Origin: an uncultured delta proteobacterium
Lineage (GTDB): Bacteria; Desulfobacterota; Binatia; UBA9968
DNA length: 64,000 bases
Direction of reading: 5' to 3'
Assembly: GCA_963727625.1 (NCBI GenBank)
Contig: CAVSHR010000012.1
Span: forward strand, 32,001 to 96,000
This document shows positions 38,623 to 49,400 of the stretch, piece by piece; positions within the stretch are counted from its first letter, which is position 1, and every line of letters starts with the position of its first letter. The notes below the pieces were generated by a model. The model searched no databases. It saw only the letters and a list, made by a program, of their open reading frames with translations, and was not told the DNA's origin. The position numbers and the translations under genes were made by a program.

Positions 38623-39435
38623 TTAGGAATTCCCCTGCGCCGCCGGCGGCTGGCGCTGCCCTTGGCGCGCCCGCAGTAGCGACATGGCACGGTGCACCAT
38701 CTTCCGTTCGGTGGCAAACTTGAGCAGCTCGATCGCCTCCTCGATGGGGAACCAGCGCGCGTCGTCGGCCTCGTGATCATGATCGCGTACGTCACCTTTG
38801 AGATAACGCAAAAGAAAAAAGTGCACCCGCTTATTGATTCGCACTGCGTTATCGCCCTTGGTTTTGTCCCGATAGGAATAACGAATCTCGCCCAATTTCC
38901 GAATCAGCTTGCCTTCCAGGCCGGTCTCTTCGCGCACCTCGCGCATCGCCGCCTGTTCATCCCGCTCGCCCTCCTCAACATGGCCTTTGGGCAGCCCCCA
39001 ACGATGGCGCACGTAAATCAGGGCGATTTCATAGTCGTCGGCGTTACGCCGGTAGATCACGCCGCCGGCCGAGACTTCGCTGACCGTACGGATATTGTCG
39101 TCCTTCGCAGCAGTATTGTTGGGTACTTGAGCGCGTAGCCAGCCCAGATAACCGGCGCTGCCGGCGATAACCGGCAGTGCGATAATCTCAGGAACCGAAT
39201 AGCTATGCAGCGCCCGGATGCGCTTCTCCAACGCGGGGAACACCTCTTTGCGGGTTTTGATGATTAGTAACTCCTCGTCGTTCTGCTCCACCTGGCCCTG
39301 CCATCGATACACCGATCGTACCGATTGGATGCGGTTGACGCAGGCGGCGAGCTTTTCCCCGACCAGCGTCTGGGCCAGATGCTCCGCCTCTTCGGCCGAT
39401 CCGGCAGTCACGTAAACGACGATTAATTCATTCAT
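38623..39435 (-). CDS. CutA - NUDIX hydrolase fusion
   Basis: LAACVN, SVYRWQG, HSYSVPEII (CutA) then PKGHVEEGERDEQAAMREVREETG (Nudix box) in one ORF. Confidence 0.85.
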   Translation of the reverse strand: MNELIVVYVTAGSAEEAEHLAQTLVGEKLAACVNRIQSVRSVYRWQGQVEQNDEELLIIKTRKEVFPALEKRIRALHSYSVPEIIALPVIAGSAGYLGWLRAQVPNNTAAKDDNIRTVSEVSAGGVIYRRNADDYEIALIYVRHRWGLPKGHVEEGERDEQAAMREVREETGLEGKLIRKLGEIRYSYRDKTKGDNAVRINKRVHFFLLRYLKGDVRDHDHEADDARWFPIEEAIELLKFATERKMVHRAMSLLRARQGQRQPPAAQGNS

Positions 39436-39529
39436 TGTAGCGATTTTATAACCGCCCTTCGGCAGCAGTCAATGAACCAGCCGACAAGTAGCTTGCCTGT
39501 TGTCTACTCTCTGAATTAACTTAAATTCA

Positions 39530-40249
39530 ATGAATACCAAAGAGGACCTCCGCAATCGGGTCTGGAAGCTTTTACAGGAACAAAGAGCCGCCCGATTTCC
39601 CGGGGCGGTGGGAAGGATTCCCAATTTTGTAGGCGCTGAAGCCTGCGCTAAATTGCTGGCCGAAACCCCCCACTGGCAAGCCGCGAAAGCTTTAAAGATC
39701 AATCCCGACTCGCCGCAGCGCGCCATCCGGCAAAGAGCCTTGGCCGACGGCAAAATCGTTTACATGGCGGTGCCGCGCCTGCGCAGTGAAAAGCCGTTCA
39801 TCGAGCTCGATCCAGAAAAACTCAAATGCTCACCCTATGCCGCTTCGTCGATCAAAGGCGCGAGCCAACACGGCCGCCCGGTTGGATTGAATGAAATGAA
39901 AAGCATTGATCTCGTCGTGTGCGGCTCCGTCGCCGTCAATCGCCAAGGTGCGCGGGTCGGCAAAGGCGGCGGTTATTCCGATCTGGAGTTCGCCCTATTG
40001 ACGGAAAGAAAAAAGATCACAGGCGTCATACCGATCGTCACCTCCGTGCATCCTCTGCAGATCGTCGAGCAGCCGATACCGATGACTGACCATGACATCC
40101 CGCTCACCGCCGTCGTCACGCCGAGCGAAATTATCGAAATGAGGACACGCTTGCCACGCCCCAAAGGGATTTATTGGAAGCTGTTGCCGCAAGATAAAAT
40201 CGACGCCATTCCGGTGCTGAAACGGGCTCAACCGCGATCCGCCGTCTGA
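39530..40249 (+). CDS. 5-formyltetrahydrofolate cyclo-ligase family protein (MTHFSD-like)
   Basis: GRIPNFVGA, NPDSPQ, GARVGKGGGYSDLE, HDIPL. Confidence 0.85.
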   Translation: MNTKEDLRNRVWKLLQEQRAARFPGAVGRIPNFVGAEACAKLLAETPHWQAAKALKINPDSPQRAIRQRALADGKIVYMAVPRLRSEKPFIELDPEKLKCSPYAASSIKGASQHGRPVGLNEMKSIDLVVCGSVAVNRQGARVGKGGGYSDLEFALLTERKKITGVIPIVTSVHPLQIVEQPIPMTDHDIPLTAVVTPSEIIEMRTRLPRPKGIYWKLLPQDKIDAIPVLKRAQPRSAV

Positions 40250-40319
40250 GTCGAGCTGCGGTTGAAGCCCTTTTCCATCTATGTTTATGTTAGCTCAATA
40301 AAATTAAGGAATGACGACT

Positions 40320-40709
40320 ATGGCTACCGTAAATATCGACTTTGCCAAGGGCAACGGTCTAGTGCCCGTGATCGTGCAAGACTATCAAACGCGCGACGTG
40401 CTGATGGTCGCTTACATGAACGAAGAGGCCTGGGAAAAAACCAAGGAAACCGGCAAGGCCCACTACTATAGCCGGTCGCGCCAGGGCCCTTGGTTCAAAG
40501 GCGAGGAGTCGGGCCATTTTCAGGAAGTCAAAGACGCGTTTATCGACTGCGACAACGACACGATTCTGCTCCAAGTCAATCAGATCGGCGGCGCCGCCTG
40601 CCACGAAGGCTACCGCAGCTGCTTCTTCCGCCAGCGCACCGACGGCGACTGGAAAATCATCGCGGACCGAGTGTTTGATCCTAAAGAAGTCTACAAAAAA
40701 TCAACATGA
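40320..40709 (+). CDS. hisI: Phosphoribosyl-AMP cyclohydrolase
   Basis: [28 protein letters not shown]. Confidence 0.95.
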   Translation: MATVNIDFAKGNGLVPVIVQDYQTRDVLMVAYMNEEAWEKTKETGKAHYYSRSRQGPWFKGEESGHFQEVKDAFIDCDNDTILLQVNQIGGAACHEGYRSCFFRQRTDGDWKIIADRVFDPKEVYKKST

Positions 40710-40742
40710 AAGACGGTTAAAGGGTTTCAAGGTTGCAGATCT

Positions 40743-41642
40743 ATGGAAGCTAATCGAGAATTAAAACTAGGAATTCCCAAGGGGAGCCTCGAACAGATGA
40801 CCATCGAGCTCTTCAAGAAGTCAGGCTGGAAAATTTCAGCCTCAAGCCGCAGCTACTTCCCCTCTATCGACGATCCAACCATCCGCTGCAGCTTGGCCCG
40901 GCCGCAGGAAATGTCGCGCTACGTGGAGATGGGGACGCTGGATGTCGCCATTACTGGCAAAGATTGGACGATTGAGAACAATTCAGACGTGCACGTCGTT
41001 TGCGAAATGGTCTACTCAAAAACCAGTTTTCGCCCGACGCGCTGGGTCATCGCGGTACCGCAAAATTCACCGATCAAAAAGCTCGAAGATCTCAAGGGCA
41101 AAAGGATCTCCACGGAGATGGTGAATTTCACCAAGCGCTACTTCAGGGAACGAAACATTTCCGTCGAAGTCGAATTTTCCTGGGGCGCTACGGAGGCCAA
41201 AGCGGCCGAAGGGCTCGTCGATGCGATCGTCGAGGTCACGGAAACAGGCAGCACGATCCGTGCCGCCGGACTCCATATCATCCATGAGATGATGGAATCT
41301 TGCCCGCAGCTCATCGCCAATAAGCAATCCTGGCAAGACCCATGGAAGCGATCCAAGATCGAGCAGATCAAACTCTTGTTGCTGGGCGCGCTGTCCGCCG
41401 AAGCCAAGGTCGGCATCAAGCTCAACGTGGCGGAAGCGAATTTGGAAAAAATCGTCGAGCTGATCCCGAGTATCACCGCACCGACCATTGCGACCCTTCA
41501 CCCTTCGCCCAATTTAAAAGGCGTCAAGTGGTATTCGATTGAGAGCGTACTCGATGAAGCGAAAGTGAGAGATCTAATTCCGCAGCTGATTCAGAACGGC
41601 GCGGTGGGCATTATCGAATACCCGCTGAATAAAATTATTTAA
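40743..41642 (+). CDS. hisG: ATP phosphoribosyltransferase (long form)
   Basis: [30 protein letters not shown]-terminal HisG_C domain. Confidence 0.95.
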   Translation: MEANRELKLGIPKGSLEQMTIELFKKSGWKISASSRSYFPSIDDPTIRCSLARPQEMSRYVEMGTLDVAITGKDWTIENNSDVHVVCEMVYSKTSFRPTRWVIAVPQNSPIKKLEDLKGKRISTEMVNFTKRYFRERNISVEVEFSWGATEAKAAEGLVDAIVEVTETGSTIRAAGLHIIHEMMESCPQLIANKQSWQDPWKRSKIEQIKLLLLGALSAEAKVGIKLNVAEANLEKIVELIPSITAPTIATLHPSPNLKGVKWYSIESVLDEAKVRDLIPQLIQNGAVGIIEYPLNKII

Positions 41643-41693
41643 GACCGACGTCAGGTTTGAGGGAAAGACTAGAGCGAAAGCGAATCATTCTCG

Positions 41694-43067
41694 CTATTGC
41701 CTTATGCCTGCTGCCTGTTGCCTTTCTGCTTGGCCATCGCGCCAGAGAAAATAATCCTTTGCGATTTCCGGGAAAAGCGCATAGCTCAGGACATCCTCTT
41801 CGCTGCGCGCGAGGTTGCCGGCTTCTTTGCGCGCGTGTTCCAGCCCCGGTTTAAGCAGATCGGCGGGCCGGCAATTGATCGGCTGTTTTTTCCCGAGGAC
41901 TTTTTCTTTCATCTCTGCGCTGATCGCTCCCGGCGGTTCGCCATACAGACCCATGACGTAATTGCGGGTTTCCATGGCGACCACCGAGTAACGTTTCCCC
42001 GTCATCACGTTTAACGCCGCTTGGGAGCCGACGATCTGGCTGGTTGGGGTCACCAGCGGCGGGTAACCGAGATCCTTGCGCACTTGCGGCATCTCGGCAA
42101 GCACCGCATCGAGCTTGTCTTCTGCCTTCTGTTGGCGCAGCTGCGCGACCAGATTGGACAGCATGCCACCGGGAATCTGCGAGATCAAAACATCCGTTTT
42201 GATCTGATTATTGACCGGGCTTTCGAACTCCGCGTAGTTGCGCCGCACGGCGTAAAAATACTCGGCGATTTTGCCGAGCTTTCCGAGGTCGAGACCGGTA
42301 TCATGGGGCGTGTCTTTGAGCGCCGCCACGACCTGCTCGGTGGCCGGCTGGGAAGCCCCCTGCGAAAACGGCGCAATAGCGGTATCGAGGATATCAGCGC
42401 CGGCGTCAATCGCCGTGACATAATTCATCGGCGAGAGTCCCGCCGTGCAGTGCGAATGGAGATGTAGAGGCAAGGCGATTCGCGACTTGATTTTTTTGAT
42501 GATGTCGCCGGCCGCGTAGGGTGCGAGCATGCCGGCCATGTCCTTAAGGCAAATAATCTGCACGCCCATGTCGGCGAGTTTTTCGGCGACTCGCAGAAAA
42601 TAGTCCGGTGAATGCACCGGGCTGACCGTGTAGCAGACCGTGCCTTCGACCAGCTTGCCGGCTTTGAGTGCCGCCTCGATGGCGGTTCTCATGTTGCGGA
42701 CGTCGTTCATGGCATCGAAAATCCGGAATATATCGATGCCGTTAGCCGCCGCGCGCGCGACAAACGTTTGGACAATGTCGTCGGGATAGTTGCGATAGCC
42801 GACCACGTTCTGGCCGCGCAAGAGCATTTGAAAGCGCGTCTTGGGCATGGCCCCGCGGAGCTTGCGCAGGCGCTCCCAGGGGTCTTCTTTGAGAAATCGC
42901 AAGGTCGCGTCGAAGGTCGCGCCGCCCCAGGTTTCCAGTGACCAATAACCGATATCATCGAGCTGGGCGGCAATCGGCAGCATGTCTTCGGTGCGCATGC
43001 GCGTTGCGACTAGGCACTGGTGCGCGTCGCGCAGCACGGTTTCCATGATCTCGATTTTTCCCGCCAT
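41694..43067 (-). CDS. Pyruvate/oxaloacetate carboxyltransferase (PycB/OadA/5S-like) without biotinyl domain
   Basis: LRDAHQ, WGGATFD, LRGQN, KDMAG, HSH, PGGMLSN, PLVTPTSQIVG; no AMKM domain. Confidence 0.9.
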   Translation of the reverse strand: MAGKIEIMETVLRDAHQCLVATRMRTEDMLPIAAQLDDIGYWSLETWGGATFDATLRFLKEDPWERLRKLRGAMPKTRFQMLLRGQNVVGYRNYPDDIVQTFVARAAANGIDIFRIFDAMNDVRNMRTAIEAALKAGKLVEGTVCYTVSPVHSPDYFLRVAEKLADMGVQIICLKDMAGMLAPYAAGDIIKKIKSRIALPLHLHSHCTAGLSPMNYVTAIDAGADILDTAIAPFSQGASQPATEQVVAALKDTPHDTGLDLGKLGKIAEYFYAVRRNYAEFESPVNNQIKTDVLISQIPGGMLSNLVAQLRQQKAEDKLDAVLAEMPQVRKDLGYPPLVTPTSQIVGSQAALNVMTGKRYSVVAMETRNYVMGLYGEPPGAISAEMKEKVLGKKQPINCRPADLLKPGLEHARKEAGNLARSEEDVLSYALFPEIAKDYFLWRDGQAERQQAAGIRQ

Positions 43068-43091
43068 GCTCGAATGCCTCCTTAGGGTCGG

Positions 43092-43637
43092 CTAATCGTA
43101 GATCTCGCCTTGCTTCTCTTCCAGGCGATCTTTTTCCTTGTTATCGATCACGTAAAGCCCATCAACTTGCTTGATTTTGGTGATGTCGTAAAAATATTCC
43201 GACCTCTCCAGGCCATCATCGAACTCGTACATCTTGATGGCGTCCCAGGGACAGATTTTTTTATCCAAGCGGTCTTCCGACTCGGTGCCGATCAGTTGCA
43301 GCTGAAAACGCTTGGGCACCGCGTCCGGCGCCACCGGTTTGCGATTGCTGTCGAAAAACCGGTTGTTGTATTCGTAAAATACTTCCCCGGTCTCTTTGTG
43401 CTGCTGAATCTTGGTGAGGTCGTCGCTATAGCACATCTGGCAGCCGATGCACTTGTCATTGTCGACGAACACCCGGTAGGGTTTGAGCCCGCCTTGCGGC
43501 AGCTCTTCATACAGCAGGTTGATGCAGCCGTCCACCGGGCAGTGCGCTTCGCACAATGGCGAGCCCGCACAGCTCGAGCAGTTTTCATCCATCACCGCCA
43601 GCAAAGCGGTTCCTTTGCGTTTTTTTTCTTCAGCCAT
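43092..43637 (-). CDS. 2x[4Fe-4S] ferredoxin-like protein with a long insertion
   Basis: CSSCAGSPLCEAHCP and CIGCQMC ... ICPWDAI; start ATG 43637. Confidence 0.8.
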   Translation of the reverse strand: MAEEKKRKGTALLAVMDENCSSCAGSPLCEAHCPVDGCINLLYEELPQGGLKPYRVFVDNDKCIGCQMCYSDDLTKIQQHKETGEVFYEYNNRFFDSNRKPVAPDAVPKRFQLQLIGTESEDRLDKKICPWDAIKMYEFDDGLERSEYFYDITKIKQVDGLYVIDNKEKDRLEEKQGEIYD

Positions 43638-44451
43638 TGGCTTCCGTCCTCGCTTTCCTAAACCGTGCCCGAAGGGCGAGCGCAATCGCCATTGTGAGCA
43701 GCACCCACCAGTAGCGAATCAAGCCGATGCGGCCCCATTCCAGCCAGTAAACAAAATTCGGCGAGCGGGAAATCAACTCGCTCAGCGCCTGCTGCGCGCC
43801 GGCATAATCGCGCGACTCGCGCCGCGACTGCGCCAGTCCATAGAGCGCGCCGTCATCACGAGGATCGAGCTTGAGCGCCGCCTCAAAGTCGCGTCGCGCG
43901 TCGGCCCACTTATCCTGCTCGGCAAAAATCCCGCCGCGGGTGGTTAGAGCCGCTGCATAAGCAGGTTTTTTCTCCAGCGCCGTGTTCAAGCTCGCCAAAG
44001 CTTCGGCGAGCTTGCCCTGGCGCTTTTGCGCCACTGCGAGGTTGACATAGGCATCCGCCAGTTCCGGATGCAGCTCGATGATTTTTCGGTATTCGGTGAT
44101 CGCCGCGTCAGCGTCGCCGCGCACCTCCAACTCGATCCAAGCCAGAAAAGTCCTCGCGTCGATATGTTGCGGATTTAACGCGATCGCTCGCTTGGCCGCC
44201 AACACCGCCCCCTGCGGATCGCGCAACCGCAGCATGGACATCCCTAGGAACAGCTGCAAGTCCGCATCGTTCGGATAGTCTTTCAGCAGTTCTTCAAATT
44301 CAGATTTCGCCGCGGCCGCCCTGCCCTCGGCCAGGTCTTTGCGCGCTTGTTGCCATCGCTGATCGCTCGGTAGTGGGGAGTTGGTTTCGGCGGCGTTAGA
44401 CAGGCCAATGCTGATGAGGAGGGCCAGAACAACCAGCCACGCCCTCACCAT
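43630..44451 (-). CDS. Exported TPR protein with C-terminal TM segment
   Basis: Signal peptide, repeated TPR-like helices, YWWVLLTMAIALAL. Confidence 0.82.
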   Translation of the reverse strand: MVRAWLVVLALLISIGLSNAAETNSPLPSDQRWQQARKDLAEGRAAAAKSEFEELLKDYPNDADLQLFLGMSMLRLRDPQGAVLAAKRAIALNPQHIDARTFLAWIELEVRGDADAAITEYRKIIELHPELADAYVNLAVAQKRQGKLAEALASLNTALEKKPAYAAALTTRGGIFAEQDKWADARRDFEAALKLDPRDDGALYGLAQSRRESRDYAGAQQALSELISRSPNFVYWLEWGRIGLIRYWWVLLTMAIALALRARFRKARTEANG

Positions 44452-44454
44452 TGA

Positions 44455-44640
44455 CTATTTCCACATTTCATTCGGGATCTCGTCTTCTTTGCCTTCTTCG
44501 ATCAACTTGTCGTTCCTAAAGGCCTCGCGCAGCCCAAGCCAAGTGAAGAAGATGACGAGAATCAACATCCCGACGATCGGAATATTGTCGGGTTTAGTGA
44601 CGATTTCGAGAAAATTATGTAGGCCGCTTGATTCTTCCAT
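44455..44640 (-). CDS. Small single-TM protein with KPDNIPIVG motif
   Basis: 61 aa; first gene of the TPR-ferredoxin-carboxyltransferase run; AGGTG RBS-like site. Confidence 0.7.
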   Translation of the reverse strand: MEESSGLHNFLEIVTKPDNIPIVGMLILVIFFTWLGLREAFRNDKLIEEGKEDEIPNEMWK

Positions 44641-44674
44641 AAGTCTTAAGCACCTGTAAAATCATGTTTTTTAA

Positions 44675-44703
44675 AAACTATTAGAATACCGCTGTAAAGT
44701 CAA
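44675..44703 (-). promoter_or_regulatory. Candidate sigma70 promoter for the 44640->41694 operon
   Basis: Minus strand TTGACT-17 bp-TAGTTT in an AT-rich gap. Confidence 0.5.
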
Positions 44704-44740
44704 TAAAGTCACCCATGAAGCCACGCACTTAATCAGTCGG

Positions 44741-46324
44741 TCAATGCTGCTGCGTATGGCCGCGTCCATGCTCGGTGTGGCGGAAGATCAGCGACTTGAT
44801 CACCACCGGCACCGCTTTGGCATCGGGCAACTCCTGGCCGATATCGATAAAATCAAAGTCTTTCAAATCGATCCCGTCAATGGAAATAATCCCGGCGCCG
44901 GGTATCAGCTCGCGTTCGATGATGTTGCCCATCAGCTTGGCGATATCGGCGTCAAAGACCAGCACCAGCGGCTGACCGTTGTCGATATGCTCCTTCATCG
45001 CTTCGACCAGACCCTCGGCGAGCGTGCGAATCAATGGATAGGAGGGGCCAAGCTCCCAACGAATCGCGAGCGCCACGGTACGCTCGACATCGTCGGCGTC
45101 GAAGCGCTGCAGCGCCCGCTCCACCGCGGCTTTGATTTCCGCTGCGGTGATCGATTCGGTCTGTTCGATTTGCGGTGTCACCACCTGCAAATTGCGCAGC
45201 GGCAACAAATCAGGGTGAGATAGGTAAATCGTATTGCCGCTCACCTGAACGGTATATTGCGACGCGCCGATGACGGTGGCGCGGATGCGAACGTCGGCCG
45301 GACGTAGCGGGATATTGCCGCCACCGAGCTGATTGACCCTGGCCCTAACCTTTTTGCCCAGTTGAATACCCAGATCGCCCAGATTGCGTTTCTCGTAGCC
45401 GTAGACAAACTCCGATACGCCGCCGGAAAACATGACCGCGTGAATCGGATCGGAAAATTCGAGATTCGGCGTGAGCAGGAGATTCTCCACTTCGGTCGTG
45501 AGCTTACCCCGCTCAAGGACCTGAAACAGCGAATCGCACAGCACCTGGGAAAACTTGTCTTTCTCAACGTCGCTGATAGTGCCGCCCAAGGCGAGATTTT
45601 CAATGCCCGCCATCTTGGCGATTTTGAGCGCGGTGTCCTCGAGCCGGTTGATTTTGCCGCGCTCGTCCATGGCGATGAGCCGCGCGCCCAATTCCACCGC
45701 GCAGGTGTCGATCACCCGGCCGCCCTGGACGATGGCAATCTTGCAGGTGCCGCCGCCGATATCGACGTTCATCACGGTGAAATCGCCGCCCTCGTGGTAG
45801 GTCATGTGCACGGCACCCGAGCCGTAAGCAGCCAGGATCGCTTCGAGGTTATGGCCCGCCGTAGCGCAGACGAATTTCCCCGCCTCAGCTGAGAAAAGCG
45901 CAGCGATCGCTTCGGCATTTTTCTTTTTTGCCGCCTCGCCCGTGACGATGATCGCCCCGGTATCGATGTCCTCCGGCGTCAGATTTGCCTTCTGATACGC
46001 TTCATGGATGAAATCACCGAGCTTGTTGGTGTCGATGGTGGTCTTGTCGACGTATGGAGTCAAGAGAATCGGCGATTCATAAATAATTTCACGATTGATC
46101 ACGACAAAGCGGCTCGACAGGGCGACCCCCTGGCGGCGCAGCGTCAAACGGGAAAAGATCAAGTGTGATGTGGATGAGCCGATATCGATGCCGACCGAAT
46201 TGAGCGTAATCCGCTCGGAACGCCACATCGGATGGTTTTCATCCATGGCAGCTTCATCATCTTCATCAAAGTCGTCGTCATGTCCCTCATGGAGGCGCAA
46301 AGCCTCCGTTTGCAAATTGTCCAT
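44741..46324 (-). CDS. EutA-family (ethanolamine ammonia-lyase reactivase-like) ASKHA ATPase
   Basis: SVGIDIGSSTSHLIFS, GAIIVTGEAA, FVCATAG, NVDIGGGT, IRATVIGA, VPVVIKSLIF; likely start ATG 46324. Confidence 0.85.
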   Translation of the reverse strand: MDNLQTEALRLHEGHDDDFDEDDEAAMDENHPMWRSERITLNSVGIDIGSSTSHLIFSRLTLRRQGVALSSRFVVINREIIYESPILLTPYVDKTTIDTNKLGDFIHEAYQKANLTPEDIDTGAIIVTGEAAKKKNAEAIAALFSAEAGKFVCATAGHNLEAILAAYGSGAVHMTYHEGGDFTVMNVDIGGGTCKIAIVQGGRVIDTCAVELGARLIAMDERGKINRLEDTALKIAKMAGIENLALGGTISDVEKDKFSQVLCDSLFQVLERGKLTTEVENLLLTPNLEFSDPIHAVMFSGGVSEFVYGYEKRNLGDLGIQLGKKVRARVNQLGGGNIPLRPADVRIRATVIGASQYTVQVSGNTIYLSHPDLLPLRNLQVVTPQIEQTESITAAEIKAAVERALQRFDADDVERTVALAIRWELGPSYPLIRTLAEGLVEAMKEHIDNGQPLVLVFDADIAKLMGNIIERELIPGAGIISIDGIDLKDFDFIDIGQELPDAKAVPVVIKSLIFRHTEHGRGHTQQH

Positions 46325-46468
46325 GCTCGCAGTGAATTCCTTTCTTCCTGGCGCTTGTGTATCGAATTTGCATAGCATAAGAGTTTCGCTCTTGCCACCG
46401 GCGAAACCCGCCGCGGCGGGATGGACAAGGTGCTTTTTCGGCGATAAGATGCCGGCAATTCGAAGACT

Positions 46469-49400
46469 ATGGGACAAGAGGAATATCAAGAGCTGTCCTC
46501 GTTCCTGAAGCGCTTCATCCGGCGCCTCAAACTTCTCCAAGGTCTCGAGGGACTTTGCCTGACGGCGATCTGCGCCCTGCTCTTGCTCGCTCTCGGTCCG
46601 GGCGTCTTCGAGCTAAAAAACCTCTTTCCTTACGCGCCCCTGGCCTACAGCTTCGTCACCGCTGTCGTGCTCGCAGCAGTGGTCAGCTGGTCGCTTTTCC
46701 GATTATTGCGCCGACTTTCGCAGGAGCGCGCGGCGTTTTACATCGAGCAAAAGCAGCCCAAGTTACGCAATAATCTGATCAACTCGCTGCAGCTCTACCC
46801 GCAGGTTAGCGAAGCGAAAAACGCCCCGGGTTTCTCCGCGTCGATGGTGCTGGCGCTGTTGCGCACGACGCGCCATCAGGTGGCGACGCTCAAAATGGAT
46901 CAGCTCATCGACAGCCAGAGGCTCAAGGCTGGCTTGCGCTTGTTCGTATTATTATTGATGCCCGTAACGGCGATGCTGTTATTCAATCCGGCTTGGGTGG
47001 GGGGAACGATCAGCATGTTGACCCGTCCCCTCGATCACCTACCGCCAAGTCAAACGACCATCGCGATCGAGCCCCGGGGACTTCGCGTCGTGCGCGGCGC
47101 GCCGGTGACCATTCAAGCCGCCACCTCCGGCGCTATCCCCGAGTCGTTGGAATTGGTCACCTGGACCGGAATCAACGAACACGGTGAAGTTATCGGCGCG
47201 GAAAAAATTCCCATGGAAAAACTCGGCGGGGGCAAATTCACCGCCAAAATCGCGCGCCTGGAAAAATCCTTGCGCTACCGCGCTGTCACCGGCGCTTTTA
47301 CATCGGCCACCTATGCCGCCGAAGCGGTCGATGCGCCGGAGATCGCCAACGTCCGGTTGATCCTGTATCCGCCGGCCTATACCGCCTTGGGATCGGTGTC
47401 GGTACCGGAAGGCAGCGTCGAAGGGCTCAGGGGCTCGACTCTGCACCTCAACGCAGTCACGACCCAAGACGTGGTGAAGGCCGAGATCGTCATGGACGAC
47501 GGCAAAAAAATCCCGCTCAAAATCGCCGGGCGTAAACTGCAAGCTAACTTGGTGCTGTTTCAATCCCAGTCCTACCGAATCTTGGTGGAAGATGCCCATG
47601 GCTTTCGCAACTCGCCGATCACCTACGAGCTGAGGGTCAAACCCGACGGTTTTCCCACCGTCGAGCTGTTGCAACCGACCGCCGACTTAGAGGTCAACGG
47701 TGACGAAATCTTAGCGCTGGAATACGGCGCGCGCGACGATTTCGGCATCGCCGAGGTCGCTTTGGTCGTCAAGGTCGGCGACCGAGAGGACAAAATCAGC
47801 CTGCAGAAAGGCGACGGCAAACGGCTTATCGTGCGCGATCAGTACAAATGGGATCTCGGCCGGCTGGCCTTGCGCGACGGCGAGGAAGCGATCTTTTTTC
47901 TGCAGGTTTATGACAATGACACGATCTCCGGGCCGAAGATCGGCATATCCAACTCGGTGCGCCTGAAGCTCAAGAATCTCAAGGGCGAGCATCAACAACT
48001 GGCCGAGATGGTCAACGACTTGAACCGCCGCATGGTTGATCTGTTGGCCGACCATCTGGAAACGCCTGTGCCGGGTGAAAAACCGCTCACCGCGGCGCAG
48101 GCAATGGAGAAAAAGTTCGAGCAAAATCTTGCGGAGGCGCTCAAGCGCACTGAAGAGGTCATGGCTCGCACCGAGAAGGATCGCATGTCCGATTTTGCCA
48201 CCTGGACTGATCTCCAAGCGCTGAAGCGCAATTTGGAATTCACCAAGGACGAGCTGTTGCGCAAACAGGAGCGGGCGGAGACCAACAACGACAAACTCAA
48301 AGCCCGCGACGACATCGCCGCGGAACTGGAGCGCATGTCGCTTTTGTCCGAAGATATCGGCAAACGGATGAAGGCCCAAGAGCTCGCTTCGACGGCCCAA
48401 GATCTGGCGCGCACCCAAGAGCGCTTGATGGACGCTTTGGACAAGCTTCAGACCGGCGACAAGAACCTCGACGCGATCATGAAGCAGATCGCCGAGATGT
48501 CGAAAACCCTCGACGCGCTGCAACGGGCAGCGTCGCAGCTCGCCCAACAGATGCCCGACGATTTCATGAACCCCGAAGCGATGCAGGGGCTGGGCTTCAA
48601 CGACATGCAGCGCGCCCTCGACGAAATCCGCAAGAAGCTCCAAGCCGGCGACATCGAAGGCGCGCGCCAGCTGGCCAGGGAGTTATTCAACCAGATGGCG
48701 CAGATGGTCGCCGCGCTGCAGAACGCCCAGCGTTCGGCGATGGCCTCGGGCATGGGCCGCATGCAGGGCGAGATGCAGCGCCAGAGCAACGAGCTGCAGG
48801 AGATCGCGCGCGAGCAGCAAGAGATCCTGGTCAAGACCGAAGGAGTCAAGAATTCCGCCTTGAGCGAGCGTGACGCCGCGCTCAAAAACAGGCTTGAGCG
48901 CTTTCTTGAGAAAGCAGTGGCGGAGCTGGGCCAGTTGACCGAGCAGTTTCCCGACCGCGAAGGGCCTGACGATCCCAGCCTGCTGGCGAATATGGACGAT
49001 GCGACGATGAATTCGCTGCTTAAGAACCTCATCGCCAAGCTGAGCAATAAAGATTTCCCCGGTTTCAAAGAAGGTGAAGGTTTCACCCGCAAAGAATTGG
49101 CCAAGAAACGCAGCGCCGCTCAGGAGCCGCGCGCTCAGCGCGCCGAAAAGAGCCTCGATAGCATCAAGGCCAATCTCGAATCGCTGCTGGGCGAACCGGT
49201 CCGGGCGCTGAACGACGCCGAAAAGCGCGAGCTGCGTGATCTGGCGCACCGCCAGGACGTTCTGAGGGAGCGTACCAACGAGCTCCATGAAAAGCTCGAA
49301 TCGCTGTTTCAGCTGTTTCCCCAGCTTGATCCGAAAATCGTTCAAAACATCGGCGAAGCGGGCAAGTCCATGGGCAGCGCGCATAATCGCCTCGGCCAGC

